DNA of 64,000 nucleotides. Source: an uncultured Bacteroidales bacterium (lineage in GTDB: Bacteria > Bacteroidota > Bacteroidia > Bacteroidales > VadinHA17). Numbering within the stretch: the first letter of the stretch is position 1; each line of letters begins with the position of its first letter. The stretch spans positions 923,060-987,059 of the forward strand of contig CAWBLL010000019.1 of assembly GCA_963789465.1 (NCBI GenBank). Direction: 5' to 3'. A program made the position numbers and the translations under genes. Positions 1-10,850 of this stretch are shown here, in pieces. Under the pieces are notes generated by a model. It did not search any database. It was not told where the DNA came from and saw nothing but the letters and a program-made list of their open reading frames with translations.

Positions 1-189
1 TGAATATTTTATTGAGTTTTGAATATTACAGCAGCAGAAAAAGATTGGGCATTATTTATTACATCAGGAAGAACATGTATGTTGCTGCAGGACGCAACTT
101 CCTTTATGACAGGAGCGTCTGAAATAGTTTATGGTGGTTTCGGATCAGGATTGCCCCTGAATTAACAGGTAACTTATTATAACCAGAAT

Positions 190-1311
190 ATGAAGATCAC
201 CAGCGTAAAAGCAATTGTGCTGAAACTGCATGAAATATCATCTGCGGCAGATGGCACACAGGACGATTTGATAATAATCGTTGAAACAGATGAAGGTATT
301 ACCGGCTACGGTGAAGTTGATACTGCTCCCTGCGTAGGGAAAGCCATTATCGATGCATATATGTCGCATGGTACCTGCTATGGCCTCAGAGAAGTTGTTG
401 TGGGATCGGATCCTTTTGACTATGAGCAGATATGGAATGAAATGTGGGCGAAAACCTACTATTATGGCCGTGGTGGTCCCGTTATGCATGTTATGAGCGG
501 AATTGACATGGCTATCTGGGACATCATGGGCAAAGCCACCGGAAAGCCTGTACATAAACTTCTGGGTGGCAGCTATACCGACAGGGTAAGAGCCTACGCC
601 AGCGCCCTGATGCCTGAGAATGTCATCGATGTGAAAAGAATGGTCGAAACCTATGCGGCAGTTGGTTTTACTGCCATTAAATTCGGATGGGGTCCTCTTG
701 GATATGATGTCCACAACGATCTGAAGCTTATCAGGACGGCAAGGAAAAATGCTCCCCCAAATATGGATATAATGATCGATATTGGCAAAAGGTATAAACT
801 GAAGCAGGCAATGTATATAGCCAGGGCCCTTGAAGACCTGAATATCTACTGGCTGGAAGAACCTCTTCCTGCAGAGGATTACGCAGGTTACAGGAAACTT
901 ACTGAATTTACAACAGTCCGTATAGCGACAGGTGAAGAGGAGAGTGGCAGACTTGCATTCGCACGGCTGATGAATGAGTCGCATGTAGATATTATACAGC
1001 CTGATCTTTCAAGATGCGGAGGGCTTACCGAGGCAAAAAAGATAGCTGCGATGGCTTCCGATTATAATATTACCCTGGTACCCCATGCATTCAAGACAGG
1101 AGTGCTTGTTGCCGCATCCATCCAGTTCATTGCATCACAGCCCGGCATTCCTTTTCTCGAATTTTCAGTCACGGAATCGGCAATCAGAAAGGAACTGCTG
1201 ACAGAACCTTTCGTCCAGAAGGATGGCTTTGTCGAAGTGCCGCAGGGCCCCGGGCTGGGTATTGAGTTGAATCCGGATGTAATTAAGAAATTTGGACATA
1301 AAATCAGCTAA
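190..1311 (+). CDS. Enolase-superfamily enzyme (mandelate racemase/muconate lactonizing enzyme family, sugar-acid dehydratase-like)
   Basis: 373-aa ORF with ATG start. A capping domain is followed by a barrel with spaced acidic metal-ligand contexts (MIDIGKRY, YWLEEPL, IATGEEE). This is a family-level call only; the substrate is not assignable. Confidence 0.85.
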   Translation: MKITSVKAIVLKLHEISSAADGTQDDLIIIVETDEGITGYGEVDTAPCVGKAIIDAYMSHGTCYGLREVVVGSDPFDYEQIWNEMWAKTYYYGRGGPVMHVMSGIDMAIWDIMGKATGKPVHKLLGGSYTDRVRAYASALMPENVIDVKRMVETYAAVGFTAIKFGWGPLGYDVHNDLKLIRTARKNAPPNMDIMIDIGKRYKLKQAMYIARALEDLNIYWLEEPLPAEDYAGYRKLTEFTTVRIATGEEESGRLAFARLMNESHVDIIQPDLSRCGGLTEAKKIAAMASDYNITLVPHAFKTGVLVAASIQFIASQPGIPFLEFSVTESAIRKELLTEPFVQKDGFVEVPQGPGLGIELNPDVIKKFGHKIS

Positions 1312-1320
1312 TCTGCATAT

Positions 1321-1569
1321 ATGAAACTACCTGCAACAAGAGTCATTGTTTCTTCCATATTATTCGCGGTACTAATCTCTTCCAGCCTGTTGCACTGGGA
1401 GATCAGCAGTAACAGTTTTGCAGGCAAAGGAGATGGCGAAGGAGTAACTTTGAGGGTATATTCATGCTCAATAACGAAAGCAGGTGGCATAGAAGACCTG
1501 CAGTTCAGGTTCAAAGGTGATCCTGACGAATTATTCTCTCTCGATTCATTCGTTTTTGATTCGGACTAA
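1321..1569 (+). CDS. Small hypothetical protein with hydrophobic N-terminus (possibly spurious)
   Basis: 82-aa ORF starting 10 nt after the previous stop. It has a signal-like N-terminus (VIVSSILFAVLISSSLL) but no recognisable family. Confidence 0.25.
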   Translation: MKLPATRVIVSSILFAVLISSSLLHWEISSNSFAGKGDGEGVTLRVYSCSITKAGGIEDLQFRFKGDPDELFSLDSFVFDSD

Positions 1570-1611
1570 TTTTAATTATTATTACAATCAGATATAGCAA
1601 AAATCCATATT

Positions 1612-3807
1612 ATGATTAAAAGAAAGCGGTATTTTAGAAAAGTTTTGGTTACTATGTTTTTTATGATGGCACTTGCAGCTTTCAGGCTGTATGGTCAGGG
1701 TGAGTACGATGTTATAAAGGATAACTGGCTTCAATACACCGATGCGCCTAATTCTCTCTACCATTATATATCACGCCAGGCTTATGTCATGCTTGCGGCC
1801 AGAAGCAGGGAGCTTGACAATATAAACACTCTGCAGGGATGGCAGGAGCGGCAGAAAACTGTGCGCCAGACACTTTCTGAAATTGTGGGTCCCTTTCCGG
1901 AAAAAACGCCCCTGAATGCCAGGATAATGAGGACAATCAAAAAGGATAGCTTCAGGGTTGAACATATCGTTTATGAGTCTCAGCCCGGGTTCTTTGTCAC
2001 ATCCTCTCTATTCATTCCGGGAGATCTGAAAAAAGGCAGGAAGGCGCCTGCAATAATATACTGCAGCGGGCATTCGGAGGATGGGTACAGAAGTGATGTC
2101 TACCAGCATGTGATTATCAATCTCGTGAAGAAGGGCTTCATAGTTTTTGCATTTGATCCTGTCGGGCAGGGGGAAAGGCTTGAATATTATGATCCTCAAA
2201 CCGGCAAATCCAGCGTCGGAGGTCCAACAACAGAACATTCATACCCGGGTACACAAGCATTTATTACGGGTAGTTCGGAAGCAAGGTATATGATATGGGA
2301 CGGTATAAGAGCCGTCGATTACCTGCTTGGAAGAAAGGAGGTTGATCCTGCAAGATTAGGTATTACGGGTCGTTCAGGAGGTGGCACTCAATCGGCATAT
2401 ATTGCAGCTATGGACGACAGGATATATGCAGCTGCACCGGAATGCTATATAACCAATTTCACACGATTGTTTCAGACCATTGGTAACCAGGATGCAGAGC
2501 AGAACCTCTTCAATGAGATCTCACGAGGAATTGATCATGGTGACCTTCTGGAGGTCAGAGCTCCCAAACCGGCACTGATGATCACCACCACCAGGGATAT
2601 GTTCAGCATTCAGGGAGCAATGGAGACTGAAAGGGAAGTCTCGGGGATTTATGCAGCTTATGGTATGCAGGCTAATTTTGGTAGAGTGGAGGATGATTAT
2701 CCTCATGCTTCAACCAGGAAAAACAGGGAGGCAATGTACGCTTTCTTTCAGAAGAATCTTAAAAATCCCGGCGATCCTGCTGATGAACCAGTTACAATCC
2801 TGACAAAGGATGAGATCAGGGTCACAACAACGGGACAGGTTTCGACCTCCCTGGGTGGTGAAACGGTCTTTTCCCTTAACCGTATCGATGCAGGTAAACT
2901 TGAGGATGCACTTCAGTCTGTACGAGATGATCCTCACAGGGATATCCGCTCTGTTGTGGTCTCGGCAAAAAGACTTTCCGGATACATTGATCCTCCTGCC
3001 AGTGATGAGCCTGTATTTTATGGACGCTATCAAAAGGATGGTTATGTAGTGGAACAATATTTTCTGAAAGGTGAGGGAAACTATATTATTCCCTACCTTC
3101 TGATGATACCCGCCGGGAAAAACAATAAGGCGCTTATCTATCTGCATCCATCGGGAAAATCAGCTGAAGCAGCCGAAGGAGGAGAGATGGAATGGTTTGT
3201 AAGACAAGGATTTACGGTACTTGCTCCCGATATGGTTGGGGTCGGCGAAATGGGCCCGGGAGTCTTCCAGGGCGATGCATATATTGAAGGAGGATCACAT
3301 AACCTGTGGTACGCTTCAATGCTCATAGGCAGGAGCATTGTCGGGATCAGGGCCTCGGATGTGGTTAAACTCACCAGGTTGCTTGAGAAGGCCAGAAATG
3401 TCAGAGATATTTATGCTGTGGCCAGGCGTGAAATGTCTCCGGTTCTGCTGCACGCAGCTGCCTTTGATGGATCCATATTGAGAATTGCCCTCATAGAACC
3501 TTTTTCCTCCTATATGTCAATAGCAACCAACCACTTCTACATCTCATCATTCATACCAGGGGTGGTCCCGGGAGCGCTGAAGGAATATGATCTTCCCGAT
3601 ATCGAGGCGGCTCTTGCACCAAGGAAAATGCTTATTGCAGGAGTTACGGACGGATTTGGAAAAACAACCGATACTGCCGGCATCAATGATGATCTTTCCG
3701 TTGTAAGGGATGAATACCGAAGGAAGGATGCAGAGGGGCAGTTAATGATTCTTTCGTTGCCTGACTATAATAAATATGATGCCGTTTACGGGGATTGGAT
3801 AAAATAG
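1612..3807 (+). CDS. Secreted alpha/beta hydrolase, acetylxylan-esterase-like, two-lobed
   Basis: 731-aa ORF with a signal peptide. The nucleophile elbow GRSGGG (GxSxG) is preceded by PAIIYCSGHSEDG and FAFDPVGQGER contexts typical of AXE1-like esterases. A second alpha/beta-like half follows (ALIYLHPSG). Confidence 0.8.
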   Translation: MIKRKRYFRKVLVTMFFMMALAAFRLYGQGEYDVIKDNWLQYTDAPNSLYHYISRQAYVMLAARSRELDNINTLQGWQERQKTVRQTLSEIVGPFPEKTPLNARIMRTIKKDSFRVEHIVYESQPGFFVTSSLFIPGDLKKGRKAPAIIYCSGHSEDGYRSDVYQHVIINLVKKGFIVFAFDPVGQGERLEYYDPQTGKSSVGGPTTEHSYPGTQAFITGSSEARYMIWDGIRAVDYLLGRKEVDPARLGITGRSGGGTQSAYIAAMDDRIYAAAPECYITNFTRLFQTIGNQDAEQNLFNEISRGIDHGDLLEVRAPKPALMITTTRDMFSIQGAMETEREVSGIYAAYGMQANFGRVEDDYPHASTRKNREAMYAFFQKNLKNPGDPADEPVTILTKDEIRVTTTGQVSTSLGGETVFSLNRIDAGKLEDALQSVRDDPHRDIRSVVVSAKRLSGYIDPPASDEPVFYGRYQKDGYVVEQYFLKGEGNYIIPYLLMIPAGKNNKALIYLHPSGKSAEAAEGGEMEWFVRQGFTVLAPDMVGVGEMGPGVFQGDAYIEGGSHNLWYASMLIGRSIVGIRASDVVKLTRLLEKARNVRDIYAVARREMSPVLLHAAAFDGSILRIALIEPFSSYMSIATNHFYISSFIPGVVPGALKEYDLPDIEAALAPRKMLIAGVTDGFGKTTDTAGINDDLSVVRDEYRRKDAEGQLMILSLPDYNKYDAVYGDWIK

Positions 3808-3875
3808 ATCCGTTGCCTTGATAAATCATTAATTACAATGTTTAATTATAAAATAATCTGAAAATTCTGTCAGCA

Positions 3876-5144
3876 ATGCTGAAAATCCCGCGACATCTTT
3901 TTGTATTGATTGCACCTTTTTTATCAATCATGTTATTTAATTCCGGACATGTTTCCGGTCAGGCGCCAGAAAAACTAAAAATCAAGTTTGTCGACTATTT
4001 TTTTGAAAATGGTTCACCTGTTGATTGGATCATTCAGGGCGATACGGCTTTGAAAATCTCACTTACTGCTGACCATGAACGAAACTCGCCAAACAGCCAG
4101 ACGGATCACTGGAATATCAGGGTTCTTGCTGACAGGGGTTCCCATGTTAAACTTGTCATCTCCAAGTTGCAGGCAGGTGAATATAACGGCCGTCCGGTGA
4201 CCGACTGGTGGCACTTTGACCATAATATAACCTGTTACCTCTCATATGACCGGAAAAACTGGGAGCCGATAGAGACTTCATCTCTTCCCGGGCATCAGCT
4301 TCTTGCAGACTTTGTAATGAAGGAAGATTATATTTATGTGGCCAGGCTTCCTGTATATTCTGTTTCGGACCTTGAAAGTCTCAAAGAGCTTTATAAAGGA
4401 AACAGCCTCTTCAAGGTGATAAACATTGGCATGACACTGGAAAAACGGCCGCTTGAAATAATTCAGCTTGGAAATCCAAATGCATCCCATTCTGTTATTA
4501 TCAGAGCAAGGGCTCATCCCTGGGAGCCTGGAGGAAACTGGGTTATCGAGGGACTGGTGCGCAAATTCATAAATGAAAACCGGGAGGAATGGAAGAAAAC
4601 CTTCTGTGTGTATATTATGCCAATGGCTAATAAGGATGGAGTGGTGAGAGGAATGACCAGATTCAATATCGCCGGTATGGACCTTAACAGAAAATGGGAT
4701 AAATTATCTGACCCCGCTCTGTGCCCGGAAAAATTTGCTTTGGAAGAATTTCTTGAGGGGTTGATAAAAAAAGGGATCAGACCATCCCTGGGTATTGATA
4801 TTCACAACGATGACGGCGGTGGCATAAATTACTCAACTCATGAACAGAATGATACTTTGTTCCTGAAAAACACCAGACTTTTTGAGAAACTCATGAGGGA
4901 AAAAACCTGCTTCTCGGAAAAGGCAAATTATACCTGGCAAACTCATGGCAAACAGGAGTCTGTGGTTATGTTTGAGGACGGTTTGTACTCCAGGTATGGA
5001 ATAGAGGCTCTTGTATGGGAACTGAATGCCAATTGGAATGGCCGCACCCATGGAATGCCCACGCAATACGACTGGGTTGAATCAGGTGAGAGGCTGAATG
5101 AGGTTTTTTATAAGTTTTTTACAGAGGAAACGAAAATTGATTAA
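3876..5144 (+). CDS. M14-family zinc carboxypeptidase-like protein
   Basis: 422-aa ORF with a signal peptide. It has an HxxE zinc-ligand context (RAHPWEPGG), followed by MPMANKDGV and GMDLNRKW, as in M14 (cytosolic-carboxypeptidase-like) proteins. Confidence 0.75.
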   Translation: MLKIPRHLFVLIAPFLSIMLFNSGHVSGQAPEKLKIKFVDYFFENGSPVDWIIQGDTALKISLTADHERNSPNSQTDHWNIRVLADRGSHVKLVISKLQAGEYNGRPVTDWWHFDHNITCYLSYDRKNWEPIETSSLPGHQLLADFVMKEDYIYVARLPVYSVSDLESLKELYKGNSLFKVINIGMTLEKRPLEIIQLGNPNASHSVIIRARAHPWEPGGNWVIEGLVRKFINENREEWKKTFCVYIMPMANKDGVVRGMTRFNIAGMDLNRKWDKLSDPALCPEKFALEEFLEGLIKKGIRPSLGIDIHNDDGGGINYSTHEQNDTLFLKNTRLFEKLMREKTCFSEKANYTWQTHGKQESVVMFEDGLYSRYGIEALVWELNANWNGRTHGMPTQYDWVESGERLNEVFYKFFTEETKID

Positions 5145-5277
5145 TCAGATTTCCATTTCCGGCAGGTTGGTCTTATGGGTTCAAAGGCATGCCATGTTCT
5201 TAAATTTGGAGATGAGCGATTTTTTAAAGACCTTGGTAAGACCTTTTGCAGTTTAATTTTGAAATCAGGAAGTAATT

Positions 5278-6579
5278 ATGAAAACAAAAACATTTCTTCT
5301 CCTTGCAGTAGTAATTTTTATCTGCTTTTCAGTCTGCGGTCAGACAGATAACCCTTCCGGCGGGACAGGTATCCTGCGTGCAGGAATTGCAAAAATTGAC
5401 ATAACTCCCGATGCTCCGGTAATGCTTTATGGCTATGCTTCCAGAAAGACACCATCACAGGGGGTCCATGACCATTTGTTCGCCAGGGCTGTGGCTTTTG
5501 AAAACGGAGGTAAGAAAATTGTCATGGTTTCTTCCGATCTGGGTTCATATACTGATACTCTTTATTCAGTAATTAAGAAGAATATAATGGATAAGTTCGG
5601 TCTGAAGGATTCGGAATTCTTTCTTGCAGCCATTCATTCCCACAGTTCCCCTATCGTATCTCTCAATATGACTAAAGCAGATGCCAGTAATGTTCAGTAT
5701 ACCCAATCCCTTCAGCAAAAGCTCATCAGGGTTGTCGGTGATGCAATTAAAGATCTCAAACCTGTAAATACGGGCACAGGAGTGGGTTATTCACCTGTCG
5801 GCTCGAACAGGCGTGAGACAACCGCCAGCGGATCAATTACATTGGGTAGAAATCCCTATGGCCCGACTGATAAGGAGGTCCTTGTTTTGAAGATCACCGG
5901 AACCGACGGTAAGCCCGAAGGTGCTGTTTTTGACTATGCGACGCATGCAACTTCACTTGGCCCGGATAATTATCAGATAAGCGGAGATGTGCTTGGAATA
6001 TCTGAACAGTTTGTGGAACAGATCCTGGGAAAGGATTTTATTTCGCCGGTTTTTGCGGGCGCCTCCGGTAATATTGATCCATGGTACAGGATACTTCCCT
6101 CCTTCGATACTGAAAACGGATGGATCCCTGAGACAGTACTGCTGGGCACACTTCTGGGAGAAGAGGTTGTGCATGTTTACAGGGATATTCAGGAGATGGT
6201 TCCGGGAGGAGAAATAAGCTCAGCTATTAAAACAATACAATGCCCGCGCAAGAAACTGGATGAAAAGGATGAAGAACTTCCTGCTCTTGATAAGCAGAAT
6301 ACTGTTCCTGTAACAATTACTGTGGCTCATATTGGCAATGATGTGGCTTTCATTGGTTTTAATGTCGAAATGCTTACGGAGATAGGGATGGCTATTAAAG
6401 CAGGATCTCCGTACAAACATACTTTCATTGTTACTCATTGCAACGGTAGCAGCGGTTATCTTCCTCCTGCCTCCTTGTATAAGGAAGGGGGATATGAAAT
6501 CAGTTCAACACATTTTGCAATCGGGTCAGATGAGATAGTTATTAAAAATGCTCTCAGAATGCTCTATGATCTGAAATAG
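5278..6579 (+). CDS. Neutral/alkaline ceramidase N-terminal-domain-like hydrolase
   Basis: 433-aa ORF with a signal peptide. It carries the motifs LYGYASRKTPSQGVHDHLFARAVAF and AAIHSHSSP, characteristic of the neutral ceramidase-like fold. Confidence 0.7.
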   Translation: MKTKTFLLLAVVIFICFSVCGQTDNPSGGTGILRAGIAKIDITPDAPVMLYGYASRKTPSQGVHDHLFARAVAFENGGKKIVMVSSDLGSYTDTLYSVIKKNIMDKFGLKDSEFFLAAIHSHSSPIVSLNMTKADASNVQYTQSLQQKLIRVVGDAIKDLKPVNTGTGVGYSPVGSNRRETTASGSITLGRNPYGPTDKEVLVLKITGTDGKPEGAVFDYATHATSLGPDNYQISGDVLGISEQFVEQILGKDFISPVFAGASGNIDPWYRILPSFDTENGWIPETVLLGTLLGEEVVHVYRDIQEMVPGGEISSAIKTIQCPRKKLDEKDEELPALDKQNTVPVTITVAHIGNDVAFIGFNVEMLTEIGMAIKAGSPYKHTFIVTHCNGSSGYLPPASLYKEGGYEISSTHFAIGSDEIVIKNALRMLYDLK

Positions 6580-6601
6580 TACATTATACTTTCAAGTCTT
6601 T

Positions 6602-7603
6602 TTACATTGTTGGCTTTGTTCCCTTTTTTCCCGGTTTGGAGAGGAAGAACTTTTCAGATTTGAAGAGCCTCCCATAGATACCATCCTTTTTGCTGATGAA
6701 ATAAACGTCGGGATTTATGTTTGAATTGAGGATATATTCGTTTTCAATATCTCCCTTATAACAATTGACGGTAATATTCAGAAGGTTGTTGCCTTCAATG
6801 GATAGCTGGCTTAGCGGATTGCCTGCCGGTTTGTATCCGTCCCTGATATCCTGTCCATTCATGTTACTCAGGGAGCTCAGATATCCGGCTACCGAGGCGG
6901 AATCTGCAACCGAGCTGCCCTCATACCATACTGAATCTCTCCTGGTGAGAACAAAACTACTGTCAGCTGGCAGCCTGAAATCTATTTTGGATATATCTTC
7001 CTTCTTCAGATTCAGAAATGATTTGTCCCTGTAATCGTTGAATTTACCACTGAAAGACAGCGACAGAAAACCATCGACGCCATAGACTTTTTTATCATTG
7101 GTGAGTCTTACAAAAGATGTTCCCTGAATGTTGCCCCCATATGGACTTGAGTATTGATTGGAGGCCTGATTATATGCAAATCGCCCTATCATAAGATCTG
7201 CCATGGTTTTACCTTTCGCATCCAGAAAAGTGACCCTTGTTGCGAGGCTGTCAGTAAGACTGAATTCTTTCCATTTCGCTTTGTCAACCGCTTCCAGACT
7301 TGATGGTTTAATGCTCTGAACCATCATCAGGATATTCTGTACGGCATCCCTTTCGGGAACGGCAGTAATGTTTTCCTTCCGGATGATCCACTTTCCACCC
7401 TTTCTTGTAAATTCAAATTGTCCGCCTGCGTTTTCACGAGGGTATATTATAATCTTATTCACCTTCGAGGTGTCAATATCTACAAGCTTTTCCGGCAAGG
7501 TTGCTCTTTCAGCCGGCATCCTGACAAGAATGGTTACTGCGAGCAGAATTGTCAGGACGGCAAGAATGTAGAAAATTCTCCTGTTGTCAAATCGTTTACT
7601 CAT
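6602..7603 (-). CDS. DUF4340-like membrane-anchored protein, last gene of the GldAFG-type operon
   Basis: 333-aa ORF with an N-terminal anchor (IFYILAVLTILLAVTILV). Its start overlaps the gldG-like stop by 8 nt. Size and position match the DUF4340 partner that usually follows GldG-like genes. Confidence 0.7.
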   Translation of the reverse strand: MSKRFDNRRIFYILAVLTILLAVTILVRMPAERATLPEKLVDIDTSKVNKIIIYPRENAGGQFEFTRKGGKWIIRKENITAVPERDAVQNILMMVQSIKPSSLEAVDKAKWKEFSLTDSLATRVTFLDAKGKTMADLMIGRFAYNQASNQYSSPYGGNIQGTSFVRLTNDKKVYGVDGFLSLSFSGKFNDYRDKSFLNLKKEDISKIDFRLPADSSFVLTRRDSVWYEGSSVADSASVAGYLSSLSNMNGQDIRDGYKPAGNPLSQLSIEGNNLLNITVNCYKGDIENEYILNSNINPDVYFISKKDGIYGRLFKSEKFFLSKPGKKGTKPTM

Positions 7604-9110
7604 AACTGACCTCCATCCTTTTTACGCGTTTGTTGTGATTAACCTGGATCCGTATTAATCCATAAACAATAATCAGAATTATCGGCAGCAGGAAATTGAG
7701 CCATTTTATTAAACTTTTTGTGCCAGGCTGCAGCTCCCTTATCGGCCTTGAAGTTGTGCCTTTTGTCCTGAGATCGATCAGGCCCGTTTCATCGGATAGC
7801 CAGTCAATTGAATTCGCCATTAAGCTCACATTATCCTGAGGCAATTGCATTCCCGCCTGTGTTCCGCCTACGGCAAAATCTCCGTCCGAAACAAGCACGA
7901 TCTTTGAATTTCCGTTGCCTGCCAGCCTGCCTTCAATAATTGCCGCCACAACCAGACCCGACATCGGGAAATCGCTTAATTGCCACTGCTTCTGAATATC
8001 AAAATACAAGGGGGCCTTCTGACTTCCTGATTTATCCGATGTGAATGCAATGGGAATGAATTTCAGAGTGCTGTCACCCGTAAAGGTAATCGGGCTTGCA
8101 AACTGTAGGTTGACTGATTCAAGGCCCTTTGTTATCGGATTGTCAGCAAATTTATGTATCACCGGCAGGTACGGGAACTGGATCTGTGAGGACATGGTAA
8201 AACCTCCCTGTTGTTGCTGCAGGGTAACTGCTCCACATGTTGCATCAATTATGAAATTATCAGAAACATCGATGCCTTTTCTTTTTAACCAGTCACCAAT
8301 GCCCAGATTGAGGGAAGTTCCGGTCGCGTTTGTAAAATTGCCCTGGACCCGGTTCAAAGCGATAAACATATTTCCTCCTCTGGCCAGATAATTATCCAGG
8401 ATCGAAAGCTGAGCCGGAGGGATGGTGTCCGTAGGCCGGATTAAAGCAATTGTTTTGTACTTTTCGGGTATTACAGTGGTGTCTGTCAATTTTAATGGCT
8501 GTACATCGTAAAGGACGCTTAACTCCTTATAGACCTGCATTATCTCATTGAGCTGAGGTTCTCCATTACCCTCTATAATGGCTATTGACGGCTTATTTAT
8601 AACAGAAAGCTTTTTAATCGCGGTAGACAATGCATATTCCATTGCTGAACCAGGCTGGATAAAAGGGATCTTTTCCTTATTGTTTCCCATCGATACCAAT
8701 GCGCCCAGATAAGCCTTTTGCTGTTTCATCTGATCCTTATCCCTGACATTTATCATGATCGGCTGGATCCCGTTCTGTACTGCTTCGCGTTCTGTCGCCT
8801 CATTCTCATTGGGATTTACAAATTTGTAAACTACCATGCCATTCGACCTGTTTCCATATTCCACAAGCATATCCCGGAGATTTTCGGATATGTTTCCGAT
8901 ATCAGGTGGGAGATCCTTTGAAAAGTAAGCTGTTATTGTGACCGGTTTGTCAAGACTTTTGAGTATGTCCCTTGTTGCCTTACTCAGTGTATATTCTTTG
9001 CCTTCAGTAAGATCAATCCTGAAATAATAATTTTCAGAAAGAATATTCACAACAATCACTACTGCAAGCATAAGGAGTATTGTAGTTGATATTTTCGCTG
9101 ATCTCATCAT
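7596..9110 (-). CDS. gldG: GldG-type auxiliary/substrate-binding component of an ABC-2 transporter
   Basis: 504-aa ORF with N- and C-terminal transmembrane segments flanking a large periplasmic domain. It directly follows an ABC-2 permease and an ATPase. Confidence 0.75.
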   Translation of the reverse strand: MMRSAKISTTILLMLAVVIVVNILSENYYFRIDLTEGKEYTLSKATRDILKSLDKPVTITAYFSKDLPPDIGNISENLRDMLVEYGNRSNGMVVYKFVNPNENEATEREAVQNGIQPIMINVRDKDQMKQQKAYLGALVSMGNNKEKIPFIQPGSAMEYALSTAIKKLSVINKPSIAIIEGNGEPQLNEIMQVYKELSVLYDVQPLKLTDTTVIPEKYKTIALIRPTDTIPPAQLSILDNYLARGGNMFIALNRVQGNFTNATGTSLNLGIGDWLKRKGIDVSDNFIIDATCGAVTLQQQQGGFTMSSQIQFPYLPVIHKFADNPITKGLESVNLQFASPITFTGDSTLKFIPIAFTSDKSGSQKAPLYFDIQKQWQLSDFPMSGLVVAAIIEGRLAGNGNSKIVLVSDGDFAVGGTQAGMQLPQDNVSLMANSIDWLSDETGLIDLRTKGTTSRPIRELQPGTKSLIKWLNFLLPIILIIVYGLIRIQVNHNKRVKRMEVSYE

Positions 9111-9186
9111 TTTAATATTGATTTTTGTGTTTTGTGCTCAAAGACTTATTAAGGTTCTGCATTTTCTGTCGTTAATCAGGGTTCCT

Positions 9187-9915
9187 TTAGTTGAAAGAAT
9201 TTCTTTTTGCCAGTGATACTTCAGTGAGGAATAATCCCAGAAAAATTATTGATCCGAAATAGACAATATCCTTTGAATCGACTACACCTCTGGAAAGGCT
9301 TTCGAAATGAACCGTTGTGCTAAGTGAATTGACGATCCGACCAGGCAGACCTGTCATTCCCCCGGCTATCACACCGAAAATAATATGGAAAAACAGACCA
9401 ATGAATAGCGCGGAGAGAAAGGCGACGATCTGGTTACTTGTTATACTGCTTGTAAAAATACCGATACTAGTGTATGCTGCACTCATCAGGAATAATGCAA
9501 GGTAACCACATATGGTTCCTCCTGTATCGATGTTTCCCAGTTTTGAGACGGTTATTACATACGGAAATGTAAATGCAAGTGCAATGGCTATAAGCAGCAG
9601 TGTTGCCAAATATTTTCCAATTATTACCTGCCTGTCAGTGACGGCTTTTGTAAGAAGCATTTCAATTGTCCCGGTCTTCTTTTCCTCTGCAATAAGTCGC
9701 ATTGTCAGTGCAGGGATGAAGAAGAATAAAGTCCAGTAGGCTATTGAAAAGAAGTTACGAAGACTGGCCTGTCCCACCATGAATATATCCGAGCCTGATA
9801 TCCATGTAAAGAACCCACTGAATCCAAGGAACAAAACAATCATAATAAATGCTATCAGGGAATCGAAGAATGAATTCAATTCCCGTTTTGTGATCAGCCA
9901 GATTATTTTCATCAT
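9187..9915 (-). CDS. gldF: ABC-2 type transporter permease (GldF-type)
   Basis: 242-aa polytopic membrane ORF lying between the ATPase and the GldG-like gene. Confidence 0.75.
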   Translation of the reverse strand: MMKIIWLITKRELNSFFDSLIAFIMIVLFLGFSGFFTWISGSDIFMVGQASLRNFFSIAYWTLFFFIPALTMRLIAEEKKTGTIEMLLTKAVTDRQVIIGKYLATLLLIAIALAFTFPYVITVSKLGNIDTGGTICGYLALFLMSAAYTSIGIFTSSITSNQIVAFLSALFIGLFFHIIFGVIAGGMTGLPGRIVNSLSTTVHFESLSRGVVDSKDIVYFGSIIFLGLFLTEVSLAKRNSFN

Positions 9916-9923
9916 TATTATTT

Positions 9924-10850
9924 TTAATTCATAGTTAACTCCCTGAAGATATCTTCAAGTTTAGTCTCATAAGGGGTCATCTCAGTAAGGACCCAGTGCT
10001 TGCCGACACAAAGGTTGAAGATTTCCCTTTTTACTTCAGCGGCGCTGAAATGAATATCGAAGCGGTTCAGATTGCGGTCGGCAAATTCCACCATCGATAC
10101 GGATTTTATTTCCCGGAGACAATTGAAAATCTGATTTGAATCCCCGTCTTCAATTTTAACTCTCAGGATATCTGAACCCTGTGCTTGTTTTCTGAGCGAT
10201 TCGGCAGTTCCGTCCGCTACAATTTTACCCTTGTTTATGATAAATATCCTGTCACAAGTAGCTTCAACTTCGGGAAGTATGTGAGTACTTAGGATAACAG
10301 TTTTTTCACGTCCAAGCTCCCTGATAAGTTTTCGTATTTCAGCTATCTGGTTAGGGTCAAGCCCCGATGTAGGCTCATCGAGTATCAGTATTTTCGGATT
10401 GTGTATTATTGCCTGCGCCAGACCCACCCTTTGCTGATAACCCTTTGACAACTCGCCGATTTTCTTATGCTTTTCCCTGTTCAATCCGGTAATCTTTACC
10501 ATTTCCGCGACCCTTCCTGCAATATGCTGTTTTTCAATTCCCTGAATTTCAGCACAGAAATTCAGATAATCAATAACCGGCATCTCCTCGTATAATGGAT
10601 TATTCTCCGAGAGGTATCCTATATTCCGTTTGATCTCTTTGGGATCATCAGCAAGCGATTTTCCGCCAATCAGGATAGTTCCCTCATCAGGAGCAATGAA
10701 GTTGGTAATCATTTTCATTGTTGTGGTTTTCCCGGCGCCGTTCGGGCCGAGGAACCCCAGAATTTCACCAGTGGCTACCTTTAGGGAAATGTTGTCGACT
10801 GCCTTCTGAGTCCCGTATCTTTTTGTAAGGTTTTCAATAACTATATCCAT
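9924..10850 (-). CDS. gldA: ABC transporter ATP-binding protein (GldA-type)
   Basis: 308 aa. Walker A is GPNGAGKTT, the signature is LSKGYQQRVGLAQA and Walker B is ILILDEPTSGLD. Confidence 0.85.
   Translation of the reverse strand: MDIVIENLTKRYGTQKAVDNISLKVATGEILGFLGPNGAGKTTTMKMITNFIAPDEGTILIGGKSLADDPKEIKRNIGYLSENNPLYEEMPVIDYLNFCAEIQGIEKQHIAGRVAEMVKITGLNREKHKKIGELSKGYQQRVGLAQAIIHNPKILILDEPTSGLDPNQIAEIRKLIRELGREKTVILSTHILPEVEATCDRIFIINKGKIVADGTAESLRKQAQGSDILRVKIEDGDSNQIFNCLREIKSVSMVEFADRNLNRFDIHFSAAEVKREIFNLCVGKHWVLTEMTPYETKLEDIFRELTMN

Noticed and set aside
238-984. Long antisense ORFs opposite confident genes. Examples are 238-984 (-), 21460-22032 (-), 28303-28785 (-), 31834-32295 (+), 48087-48623 (-) and 63128-63592 (-).
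   Set aside because: These are shadow ORFs on the opposite strand of genes with clear family signatures. Their translations are Cys/His/Arg-rich with no domain resemblance.
6602-10850. The GldA/F/G-type operon as evidence for gliding motility or a novel transporter system.
   Set aside because: This four-gene arrangement (ATPase, ABC-2 permease, GldG-like, DUF4340) is widespread and already catalogued. Nothing in the sequence looks unusual beyond normal translational coupling.
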